A stretch of DNA of 63,577 nucleotides, filler included, from Octopus bimaculoides (Eukaryota): assembly GCF_001194135.2 (NCBI RefSeq). It is 9 parts of 7 records of this genome, joined end to end, with 100 filler letters (N's around TTAATTAATTAA, not from the genome) between each part and the next. Parts side by side here need not be neighbours in the genome. Positions count along the whole stretch, not along the records: positions 26,353 to 42,128 come from NC_068996.1; positions 42,229 to 51,985 come from NC_068996.1; 7 more parts are not named here. The stretch is one strand, 5' to 3'. Below the pieces are notes generated by a model. The model was not told the origin of the DNA, did no database searches, and saw only the letters and a list, made by a program, of their open reading frames with translations. Positions 39,660 through 51,261 of the stretch are shown here, piece by piece (positions within the stretch are counted from its first letter, which is position 1; each line of letters opens with the position of its first letter). The translations under genes were made by a program, and so were the position numbers.

Positions 39660-40854
39660 TAGTAGGGTACAAATATTGAACAACTATTTAATGTTGAAGA
39701 ATTAGTTCTTAACGTTTGGATCGTTTTGTAGCTAAATTTTAAAAATGACTCTAAACTGGTCATCGCCAAGCGCAGATGGTGGCCAACGACTATACTCGCA
39801 GTTAGGGCTCATACAGATACTGTAATAGCTACATATTTGATTGACGATGAGAGAAGTTCCAGGTGCTTTGCGCTCCATCTCCTACGTATACAATAAATTG
39901 CTCATATTCCCATTTTTTCTATCCTTAATCTGACATCTAAAATAAACAAGAATAAAAATTGGACAGAAAACTATTTGCATAAGGCAAGCAGAAAGAAAAT
40001 TCGTTTCAAAATGATATATATCATGAGTATAATTAAATAAACGTTTATTCCAAAGCAAGCATCAAAGTTTAAATAAATATAACCCCAGTATGTGTGTGTG
40101 TGTATGTGTGTATGTGTGTGTGTATGTAGTTTTGCAGGCATTTATCCATCTACTATATCTATCTGTCCATCTGTCTTTCTGTCTATTTGTCTAACTGCTT
40201 GTTTGCCTGTCTCGCTATCTGTCTAGATATACATACATATATACATACATACGTGTATATATATATATGTATATACATATATATATATATACATATGTAT
40301 ATATACATTCATACGTATATATATATGCATAGATATATATATAAATACACGCACCCCCCCCATATATATATATATATATGTACATATAGATATATACACC
40401 CATCCACACATACGCATATATATGTATAATATCTATATATTATCATTTTATGTGTGATTCTGTGAGTCTGGAGATGCATGGATGCATGTATGTATAGGTG
40501 GATAAATAAATTTATGTATACACAAATAAGTGTATGTATACGCTGTACATGCATACCGTCATACACCTAAACACGCGCGTACATATTTTTGCATCAGAAA
40601 TTTAGCGTAGTTGAATTCATAAGTATTATGTATCCTGACGAGTGTGAAAGGATTCTTTTCGTTTCATATATGTATTTTTGCATGCTTGTGTGTGTGTGTA
40701 TGTGGAAGGGGGTACGTGCATGTGTTTATGTGTGTGTTTGTAAATATATACACACGCATTGAAATATTCAGCCGATATCGTTTGCTTCATGAAAATTATG
40801 GAGGCGGTAGAGTTGTCATTTCGCACGTACACACACGCATCATACACACACGCA

Positions 40855-40891
<37 letters not shown>

Positions 40892-40987
40892 TATGTGCAC
40901 ATATATACGGTCATATTTTCATCCACAGTCTCACTTTATGCTTAAATTATTTATTATCTCTTCTAACTGTTGTGCGATGTTCTCTAC

Positions 40988-41036
<49 letters not shown>

Positions 41037-41439
41037 TATTATTATTATTGTAAAAATAACCAATAATTTAAATACCGAAATTTGTCAGTCTAGACACAAT
41101 TGAAATGTGCAATATTTAATTTTTATGTTTATATTTATGGGGCTCTTTCAATTATTTTACAGGTCTTCCCTAACTGGTCAGATTAGTGCGGATCATCTTC
41201 AGCTGAAACACACACCTTTGCGTCTGTATTTGGAGAAAAAAGAAACAGAAAAATGGTGTACTGATTGGTTGCATTAGTAAACGCGGTTAGTATAAGAACT
41301 AATCATTAGTAATCGCGGTTAATGGTTAGTGGTGGTGGTGGTGGTGATTGGATAGTGAAAATATATTTTTTTAACTGAACTAAGTTTTTTTATAAAAGTG
41401 AATATTTGCTTTATGATTGCTGTGTATTAAGTCTAAAAA

Positions 41440-41651
41440 ATTGTCATAACGTATATAAAGTGTATTTATAAAGAGCGCAAAGTAAGCATTGTCTTCCAAT
41501 TTCTTCCACTTTTCAATGAGTCGCAGATGAGCGACTGTCTTTTCATACAAACACAACACGGACCACGCTTTCAGGTTTTTTGGCTAAAGTTTTCAGAAAT
41601 AACCTAATACATTTACCATTAATTCCGTGAAATATTCACGGGTTCTGCTAG
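41440..41651 (+). mobile_element. Possible Helitron 3' terminus
   Basis: Hairpin CCGTGAA-ATA-TTCACGG (41625-41641), 6 nt before CTAG|T (41648-41651); 5' end not located. Confidence 0.45.
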
Positions 41652-42062
41652 TATTAATGATTATGATCAGTAGTTGGAAAGTTCCAAAGGAGAGGAGCTA
41701 TTGTTGTAGTCGTAGGAATGAAACAAGTGTTCCAGCTCATCTGTGAGATGATAGTTGTAATGAGTTGGTGACTTGGCTTTTCCCAGTTCATCTTAATCAT
41801 TTTCTCTCGTCAAGAACGGTTTATATTTGTGTTCATCTATTGTATAGCCCTAGATGCTGTATCACATTATTCCTTTATATATTGTCATTTGAGCTGTCAT
41901 TCCCAAAATGCTGGTGTAGACCCAATAATGAGCTGGTTCGTATCTGATACAGAAAGATGAGGGATTTGGTAAAATCGTTAGAATCGGATACAATACTTTG
42001 TTGAGGACAAATTTGATTTTTCGGCATTTCAACATCAATAATTTTCAAGGCAATTCAGACTG

Positions 42063-42128
<66 letters not shown>

Positions 42129-42228
42129 NNNNNNNNNNNNNNNNNNNNNNNNNNNNNNNNNNNNNNNNNNNNTTAATTAATTAANNNNNNNNNNNNNNNN
42201 NNNNNNNNNNNNNNNNNNNNNNNNNNNN

Positions 42229-42267
<39 letters not shown>

Positions 42268-43580
42268 GCATGCGTATAAATTATGTGTGGAAGTTTGAGT
42301 GTATAAAACAAGATTTTAAAATATTCAATACATGCAAGCAGATGCAATGCATTGATGCCCACAAATAAGTAGAGCGTGTGTGCATGCGCGCGTATATGTA
42401 TACATAAATACACCTACACATATATATACACACACATATACATACGAGCACATATATGTATACACGCATACATATTATATGCCTCTGTATATGTGGATGC
42501 GTGTATGCATATATAAATATATACATATGTATGTGTGGATGAATGTATATACGTATACATGTCCTCTCCACCATTGTACATATATATGTGTGTGTGCGTG
42601 TGTATGTACGTATGTTTGTATGTGTGTATGTATGTATGTATGTATGTACTAGCATGTAGAGAGGAAAGAGAAAGAGAGAACGAGTAAGTTAGTGAGAGAA
42701 ACGTACACAGCGCTGCGCGCGCATGCACGTGCACACACAGTTGAAGAACCTCACGTGAAATCTTCAGTATCTAACAGAATTCGAATTTTATTTTCCTGGA
42801 CGTCATAGGACTACGTGTGTGTGTGTGCGTATTCATGTGAATTTGTATATCTATGTATGTATGTATGTACGAATGTATGTACGTATGTATGTATGTATAT
42901 ATGTATGTATGTACGTATGTATGTATGTGTGTATGTATGTATGTATGTATGTATATGTGTGTGTGCTTCTGTGTCTGTTAATTTCATGTACATTCCACGT
43001 TCCCCTAAAAATAAAATGGAACGAAACAGAAAATGGACTCGTCCATACGTTAACTGCGGAAAGAACGCTGAATGCCTCATTTCAAATTGTCAAGGCAAAG
43101 TAAGAGGTATGTAAGCCGAAAAGAACCGGTTTGATATGTATGTATATATATAGACACAATATTAATAGCACTAAAAATAATGGTTTCTTTATTTCTTATT
43201 TATTAATGGTGTCGACGAGATAAGATTTGGGCATTCGTTACTGTCTCTCACGGTTAAATATTTTATCTGTATCAAAACCTGACAACACAATATATCTGAA
43301 AAAAAAAAAGAATATTATTCCATAATACAGTAACAATAATAACGACAATAACAACGACTGTTATTTCTAACATTTTGAAGTTCCTGCAACAATAACAATC
43401 ATAATTATCGTATAATAATCACAATCGTCGCATTATCTTTATTTATTTAGTAATAATAATACTTCGACCGTGTTTATATATATATTAGTTACAGGATTGA
43501 ATAGCGTTTGGTTTCTGTTATAACTATAACATCGTCGACAAACATTTTACCATTTAGTCTTATAAACAATTGGAGAAATT

Positions 43581-45053
43581 ATGCCATTTTCGAACTCACC
43601 ATCTGAAAATGCATATTCTTACCCAAACAGTAATGTATCGTCGACAGAAGAAACGCAAGAAGCAACTCAAAGAACTCCATTACCCTCACAGATAAGACTA
43701 AAATATGACAGGGACTTCATTCTTAAGTTACAGTATAAAGAAGCTTCACTCACCAAACCAGTTGGACTTCCAGACTTACCAGAAATATTATTCAAAAAAC
43801 CACAAATTCCGAAGCAACTTAAATACAACAAAATACGGCGAGACATCATACCGTTTAAATGTTCTAAGAATATGAAATCTGTGGATGAATATGTAAATGA
43901 TTCGGAGGACGAAGAACTTAACACGAAAATGAAAAATATTGCAAGCAGACTAGCACCGGAAAAATATAAATCCGTTTTATCACAGATACGTGACATTCAA
44001 ATTGATAAAGAGAGTAAATTAGTAGCCATCATGAATCTTTTGTTTGAAAAAGCAACCAGTGATCCTATGCTTTCTACGGCATATGCTTACGTATGTCGGT
44101 GTCTGACTTTGAAGAGAGTTCCGTCTATTCACTGTCACAAGGAAGTGGTGAATGTCCATAAAGTTCTTAATAAGAAATGTCAAAAGGAATTCGAAAAATA
44201 CCAAGTTGAAGAAGCAATGTTGAATAAGAAATTGCAGCAAATTGAAGACACCGACAACAATATAGAAAAACTGAAATTTCAAAAGGAACTTGTGAAGGAT
44301 ATTGAAATTTTCAAAAGGAAATCCCAAGCAAATGTTCGGTTTCTTTGTGAATTGTTTAAACTTGGTGTGTTGAGGGAAAACACGATGCAGAAATATATCA
44401 AAAAAATGCTTCAGTCTTTATCAGAGAATAGTTTGGAAAGTGTGTGTCTGTTGTTCAATACAATTGGTGAGAGACTTGATACGGGAAAGAAGTTTAAAAT
44501 GGATGTGTATTTCATTCAATTAAAAAGCATCGCAGAAGAGAATTCGACTCCTAACAGACTGAAAGTAATGATCGAAAACCTAATTAGTTTACGTGAAAAT
44601 CAATGGAACCAAAAAGAGGCTGAGAACCATACAAAACAAAAAGGCATGACGAGCGTAAAAGACAGCATGAAAGAGGAAACACTGAAGGTCATGGCAAATA
44701 GCTACTATGAGAACAAGGTCAAAGATATTTACCAAAACGGTGACGGTTCCGTTGCTTCTAATATGGGAGATATATTCTCAAGCGATCCTGGGACCAAAAC
44801 TAGTTCTTCATATCAACAGCCACAACAACAACAGCAGCAGCAGCAGCAACACATCAAAGAGGAGTATGTCAAACCTGGTTATATGAAAATCTTCGATATC
44901 GATGCTCAAAACAAATGTATGGATTTGACTCAACTGGAGAGGAAATACTGCAATTTGGTTTACGATGGCACAACCAGAGCATCTGCCAGAGGAGATGTGA
45001 TGGTACCAAACTGTAGCCCAAATATCATTCGAGAAACCAAAGAAGCTGTTTAA
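43581..45053 (+). CDS. Intronless eIF4G-like protein (4E-binding-type motif + MIF4G/HEAT-1 domain, no MA3/W2); probable retro-paralogue
   Basis: 490-aa uninterrupted ORF, with an in-frame TAA 15 nt upstream of the ATG. KYDRDFILKLQYKEASLTKPVGLPDL matches the eIF4G KRYDREFLLGFQ..ASMQKPEGLP segment. aa ~113-342 match MIF4G: LFEKATSDPMLSTAYAYVCRCL, KCQKEFEK, KRKSQANVRFLCELFKL, SLESVCLLFNTIGERLD, MDVYFIQL, RLKVMIENLISLRENQW. Gene symbol withheld because orthology to EIF4G1/3 is not established. Confidence 0.9.
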   Translation: MPFSNSPSENAYSYPNSNVSSTEETQEATQRTPLPSQIRLKYDRDFILKLQYKEASLTKPVGLPDLPEILFKKPQIPKQLKYNKIRRDIIPFKCSKNMKSVDEYVNDSEDEELNTKMKNIASRLAPEKYKSVLSQIRDIQIDKESKLVAIMNLLFEKATSDPMLSTAYAYVCRCLTLKRVPSIHCHKEVVNVHKVLNKKCQKEFEKYQVEEAMLNKKLQQIEDTDNNIEKLKFQKELVKDIEIFKRKSQANVRFLCELFKLGVLRENTMQKYIKKMLQSLSENSLESVCLLFNTIGERLDTGKKFKMDVYFIQLKSIAEENSTPNRLKVMIENLISLRENQWNQKEAENHTKQKGMTSVKDSMKEETLKVMANSYYENKVKDIYQNGDGSVASNMGDIFSSDPGTKTSSSYQQPQQQQQQQQQHIKEEYVKPGYMKIFDIDAQNKCMDLTQLERKYCNLVYDGTTRASARGDVMVPNCSPNIIRETKEAV

Positions 45054-45520
45054 TAATAGGTTCGCTGACGCATTCTGTTATTGTCGAAAGATGTCAACCG
45101 GTGAGGCGGAGAAATGCGAAATCTAATTGAGCTTCAGCAGATATATAACTATATCTCAAGGATCTAATTAGAGAAAGAGAAAGAGAGAGAAGGAGAGAGA
45201 GAGCTAGGGAGGGAGCTAATGGTAAGGCTAATGAATACATTCCTTTGCTAACTTTTAATTATTAATATCTCTTTATTTTCCAAAGAGTCAAAGAAATTTT
45301 ATGAAAAAAAAACTGCCCCTAAAACAAAACAACAAAAAAACAATAAAGAAAAATTCCTAATTACAACAAAGTAATTTGGAATCTATTCCACTCAAATGAG
45401 AATTTAAAAAAAACAACAAAAAAACACGAAAATTGATTTTTAAAAAGAAATGAATATATATGAATACACACACACGCACACATATACACACATGTATATA
45501 CAATGTATATATATATTATG

Positions 45521-45572
<52 letters not shown>

Positions 45573-45645
45573 CACACATGTATATACAATGTATATATAT
45601 ATGTATACACATGTATATATATTATGTATGTATATTTATATTTAT

Positions 45646-45680
<35 letters not shown>

Positions 45681-46751
45681 ATGTGTTGATTTTATTATTT
45701 TTAATTTGAATAAAGTTGTATTGGTTGGTTCAAAATGCATTTAACTTGTATTGGTTTTTTAAATATTTCCTTTTCACTGGACTGAAAAACGTTTTATCCG
45801 TTCTCTCCAGGCGTAGCTGTGAAGTTGAAAAGCTTGTTTCCCAGCCTTGTTGTCTTGAGTTCAGTCCCATATGGCGACATCTTGGGCAAATGTCACCTAC
45901 TAAAGCCGCGGGCCGGCCAATACCTTGTGAGCGTATTTGGTAGATGGAAACATAAAAGAGCCCCTCTTATATATTCTCTAGGTCGCATTACCGAACCGCT
46001 GGTTTACGATGATATAAACAAACCAACCCCAGTTGTCAAGCAGTGATGGGAACACACGCACACACACACACACACACATACGTGCACATAGCTATATACA
46101 GGGATAGCCATAAGTCGCTTTGCCCATTTATTATTATTTGAAATGTGTATATATAAATACATACGACGGGTTTCTTTCAGTTTCCGTCTGCCAAATCCAC
46201 TCACAAGGCTTTGCCCAAGGTGCCGCGCAGTGGGACTGAACCCGGAACTAAATGGTCGGGAAGCAAGCTCCTTACCGCCAAAAAAAGGTGGTTCTGGGCA
46301 ATATTTGCAGTTTCGGTTTCTTTTTTCTCAAAAACCGTTTTTTTCTCTTTTTTTGTTCTCATTCATTTCATATTTCCAGTACACACCACTAGCCTCACGA
46401 CCATTCATTGTAAATAACCTCGGAGCAATCGCAGTTCCCACGTCGGTGGAAAACTTGAGAAAAGGCGTCGCCCGATATCGCCCCGCATACTTAAGATAAA
46501 TTTGGACATCTGTATTGATCTCAAATTTTGCCACAAAAGCGGCAATTTCGGGTAAGGGGTGAGTCAGTTGCGTAGAACACGAAACAATGAAAGGCAAAGT
46601 CAACCTCGACAGAATTTGAACTCAGAACATAAAGACGGACGAAATGCCGCTATGCATTTTGTCTAGCGTACTAACGATTCTGCCGGCTTATTGTCCACCC
46701 TTCGCTATGTTTATATACGCGTTTAAGAAGATAATACAGTGAAATAGACAT

Positions 46752-47131
46752 TGATGGCACTCCGTCGCTTACGACGTCGAGGGTTCCAGTTGATCCAATC
46801 AACAGAACAGCCTGCTCGTGAAATTAACGTGCAAGTGGCTGAGCACTCCACAGACACGTGTACCCATAACGTAGTTCTCGGGGATATTCAGCGTGACACA
46901 GTGTGACAAGGCTGACCCTTTGAATTACAGGCACAACAGAAACAGGAAGTAAGAGTGAGAGAAAGTTGTGGTGAGAGAGTACAGCAGGGTTCGCCACCAT
47001 CCCCTGCCGGAGCGTCGTGGAGCTTTAGGTGTTTTCGCCCAATAAACACTCACAACGCCCGGTCTGGGAATCGAAACCGTGATCCTATGACTTCGAGTCC
47101 GCTGCCCTAACCACTGGGCCATTGCGTTTCC
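46752..47131 (-). mobile_element. Full-length family-B tRNA SINE with TSD
   Basis: A-box TGGCCCAGTGG and B-box GGTTTCGATTCC on the minus strand; GAAATAGACAT on both flanks (46741-46751, 47135-47145). Confidence 0.88.
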
Positions 47132-48156
47132 ACAGAAATAGACATAGTACATAAATAGACATAGTGAAATAGACATAGTACATTTGTAAACACGGGTGAA
47201 AAGAGAAACGTATGCCCGAGAAACAAAATTTATTGATCACATTAAAATGTCATATTTGTTGTCTTCATACTCGATCCCAGAACACTGGAAATAGAAGGGC
47301 GCATCACAAATATTGTTATTGTATGTTGAATACACTGGTCCTGTTATATCCAGCTGGGTTTAAGACAACCGGCCTTACGTCTCTTTAACAACCATGATAT
47401 ATAGAAAGCTTGTTGCAATGGAAACAGTTGGGCCTCCGAAAGAGGATGTCCAACCGGTACTTTGTTCCGAGACCCAGGAGCTAGTGAGGGCTCCACAGCA
47501 ACCATGCAACATCCCCATCAAAAGCAAGCACTTTCTACCACCCCTAGCCCGACATATATTCACATACACAAACATCACTATACTTATCAAACTGCACTTC
47601 TTTTTATTAGTATTTATTATTAATCATTATAGGCCTAGTTATATAGACTTATGATAACACTAAGAGTACCTACCTACAGCGCAAGGCCTCAAAGGGATCT
47701 TGTACTTTGTTGCAATATTTTCCTTGGAAGCCCTGAGAAACAGTATGATTTTTGAGCGTGAGAAAAGGATGATACGTGCTAACATAAATATTAGATTGAA
47801 GATTAAACGCATGGGATAAAGGTGTGTAGGTGAGTAGATATCGGAAACCGACCCGTTTGACGCTACCACACAGCCACGTCTGCGCCCTAAATATGTGAAA
47901 AATAAGTACTGAGGCTGATCTGTTTGACGAAAACCCTTCCAGGTGGTGCCGCCCCAGCATGGCCGCAATGCAATGACTGAAACAAGTAAGGATAAAAGAA
48001 AAGATAATAAATAATAACAATGGTTTCTTTTATTTGCCACAAGAACAACAGATGACTGGGACACAATACAAAGACGAATATAAAGTAAGGAGATTAACGG
48101 AGAACGGAATGATCGTCTGGTCGTAGTGGTCATTTTCCTTTTGCTCTGGTCAGTGC

Positions 48157-48460
48157 TTCTTCTTCTTCTTCTTCTTCTTTTTCTTCTTCTTCTTCTTTTT
48201 CTTCTTCTTCTTTTTCTTCTTTTTGTTCTTCTTCTTCTTCTTCTTCTTCTTTTTCTTCTTTTTGTTCTTCTTCTTCTTCGTCTTCTTCTTCTTCTTCTTC
48301 TTCTTTTTCTTCTTCTTCTTCTTCTTCTTCGTTCTCCATTCTTCTTCTTCTTCTTCTTCTTCTTCTTCTTCTTCTTCTTCTTCTTCTTCTTCTTCTTCTT
48401 CTTCTTCTTCTTCTTCTTCTTCTTCTTCTTCTTCTTCTTCTTCTTCTTCTTCTTCTTCTT
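48157..48460. repeat. (CTT)n microsatellite, interrupted then pure
   Basis: Direct reading. Confidence 0.97.
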
Positions 48461-48783
48461 TGTTCTCCATTATTCTACTACTCTCTTCAGTTTCGTCCAA
48501 AACAGATATCCCGAAAAAAGAAAAAAAAAAAAAGAAAAAAACTAAGCGATGTTGTCCGCTGCTTAGCACTGGTCTGATCCTTATTTTCACCATGCCCTCC
48601 TCCACTTTCGCCCCTCCAACACTACCACATACACACTCCACCTCTATCCGTCCACTCTCCGTCGATCACAATGTCAGCAATGTTAAGTTGCATTCGAAAT
48701 ATGTTAAAAGCGCCACCTCCAAGACATACGGGTGGAAAGAAACTTCAAAAATTCTCTCAGCTCTGCCCAGTTACGGAGATGTA

Positions 48784-49025
48784 ATTTATTTCTTTATTAC
48801 CCACAGGAGGAGGTGTGGGCTAAACATAGAGGGGACAAACAAGGACAGACAAAGGAATTAAGTCGATTACATCGACCTCAGTGCGTGACTGGTACTTATT
48901 TAATCGACCCCCAAAAGGATGAAAGGTAAAGTCGACCTCGGAGGAATTTGAACTCAGAACGTAACGGCAGACGAAATACCGCTAAGCATTTCACCCGGGG
49001 TGCTAACGTTTCTGCTAGCTCACTA
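48784..49025 (-). mobile_element. Family-A SINE with tail B and a 12-bp TSD
   Basis: TACGGAGATGTA at 48772-48783 and 49026-49037. Confidence 0.88.
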
Positions 49026-49791
49026 TACGGAGATGTACTTGCATAGCAAGTGACTTGATCTGAGACGTGTGCTGGAACAAAACCAATTGCAGCATGGAAG
49101 ATGTTTGTAAGCCATTTAAGAACACACAAAAACTGTTAGTTTCACTTCAACATTTAAATTTAATTTGTGCTGCATCTGAGAAAGTAGCAGTTAGTTCATA
49201 ATATGTATGTATGCATGTATGTATGTATGTATATATGCATGTATGTATGTATGTATGTATGCATATATGTATGTATGTATGTACGTAATGTACGTATGTA
49301 TGTGAGTATTTACGTATGTAAGTTTGTAGACATGTCTGCGTGTGTATAGATGTGTATGTACACGTGAACGTATATGTTTATGTACTGATATGGGTTTGTT
49401 AAAGTTGTATATACAATTGTTACTCTGTATAACGGTGAATAGATACAATGTCTTANNNNNNNNNNNNNNNNNNNNNNNNNNNNNNNNNNNNNNNNNNNNN
49501 NNNNNNNNNNNNNNNNNNNNNNNNNNNNNNNNNNNNNNNNNNNNNNNNNNNNNNNNNNNNNNNNNNNNNNNNNNNNNNNNNNNNNNNNNNNNNNNNNNNN
49601 NNNNNNNNNNNNNNNNNNNNNNNNNNNNNNNNNNNNNNNNNNNNNNNNNNNNNNNNNNNNNNNNNNNNNNNNNNNNNNNNNNNNNNNNNNNNNNNNNNNN
49701 NNNNNNNNNNNNNNNNNNNNNNNNNNNNNNNNNNNNNNNNNNNNNNNNNNNNNNNNNNNNNNNNNNNNNNNNNNNNNNNNNNNNNNNNNNN

Positions 49792-49862
<71 letters not shown>

Positions 49863-49986
49863 TAGATAGATATATACACACACATACTCATACGTACATG
49901 GATATGCATACATACTCACACATACATACATATTAATCTATGTACACTCATACAACTATATATACTTACATATATATATTTCAGTA

Positions 49987-50018
<32 letters not shown>

Positions 50019-50572
50019 TAGCAATCAGATATACAACTTGAACAGACACACATATCAGTGTATAAACATACGTTTACATGTACATACACATATATACACA
50101 CTTACATACCTAAATACTCACATAAATACATACATGCATGCATACATACATACATACATACATACATACATACATACATACATACATGGCATAGGCGCAG
50201 GAGTGGTTCTGGGTTCAGTCCCACTGCGTGGCACTTTGGGGTACATGTCTTCTACCATAGCCTCGGGCCGACCAAAGCCTTATCATCCTTAAAGATTGAA
50301 TTTCCCTCTGGAAACAGTTCTGCAACCATCGGATGAATTTGATCAGATAAAATGCTTAAATAGTCTTGACTATAAATTCTGCCATGAAGGGAAACCACTG
50401 GGCCGGCAGATTTCCAAGATATAGTCCCCCCAGATCGCCGCAGATCCTCCTCCACGTTGGAAGAAGGCAGTCTGGGTCAAATGCTTCTTTTGACTGTCCC
50501 CAGTAGTCGGAAATAAGGTAAAAGTTGGTGGTCGGAAATAAGGTAAAGGATGACTCGTCCGAGAAAATAGCA

Positions 50573-51261
50573 GGATCTAGTTTAAAACGGGGGCACCAGT
50601 ATTTTCTTAACGAAACACTAACGAAACACTTTGAAACTTGGGACACTGGTAGAATGTGTCATATAAAACATCTTTTACTCTTAGTCTTCTTAACCAAAAA
50701 AAGGAATTCGCAAGTTATTCCATGTTAAAGTTGTCGTATTTCTGTAATTTCAACCAATCACTGACGTCTATTCAGCTGAATAGAGTTACTGCTGGGCGGT
50801 CATAAAAATGTTATTCCCTGTGACATATTTCATCCGGTTTAATCGTAATTTATACGCATATATTGTTTATATAATAAATTACGCTGTGCGTATCTGTGTG
50901 TAACAATTTTAGAGTTCGGATTCTATTGTTAGGGTTAGTTTTAGGGTTAGGGTTAGGGTTAGGGTTAGGGTTAGGGTTAGGGTTAGGGTTAACAGTCTAG
51001 TTAGGGTTAGGGTTAGGGTTACGGGATTAATACGATATACACCGTTACAGCGCTAACTGTTTTCAACTGAATAGACGTCAGTGATTAGTAGAAATTATCG
51101 AAATAAGACAATTTTTTACATGAAATAAATTCGAATACAAAAATTTTTTTCTGTTCTATAACACAAAATAGATAAGTATACGAAGTTTGAAAGTCTTTCG
51201 GTACCAAAAACACTACATAAAACATTAATGAAAACTGGTGCCCCCGTTTTAAACTAGATCC
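50573..51261. mobile_element. 689-bp MITE with perfect 28-bp TIRs, 8-bp TSD and an internal telomeric-repeat array
   Basis: TIR GGATCTAGTTTAAAACGGGGGCACCAGT (50573-50600; reverse complement 51234-51261); TSD AAATAGCA (50565-50572, 51262-51269); inner imperfect inverted repeats at about 50705-50790 and 51045-51137. Confidence 0.92.
50929..51021 (+). repeat. Interstitial (TTAGGG)n array
   Basis: Eight perfect units at 50941-50988, three more at 51001-51018, and one at about 50929. Confidence 0.95.

Noticed and set aside
21560-43109. Chain of short putative exons (21560-21599, 22823-22887, 41163-41277, one ending near 43100)
   Set aside because: Short AG...GT-bounded open frames are expected by chance; no homology supports joining them.
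45290-45450. Remnant poly(A) tail or TSD of the eIF4G-like retrocopy
   Set aside because: A-rich with an AATAAA, but no matching upstream direct repeat; retro-origin rests on the lack of introns only.
47060-47131. tRNA gene-like A/B boxes here and in other SINE heads
   Set aside because: Continuous with 200-350 nt SINE bodies and present in multiple diverged copies; not tRNA genes.
50929-51021. Chromosome end or telomere fusion site
   Set aside because: Short, single-orientation array enclosed by TIRs and a TSD, so it arrived with or arose within the MITE.
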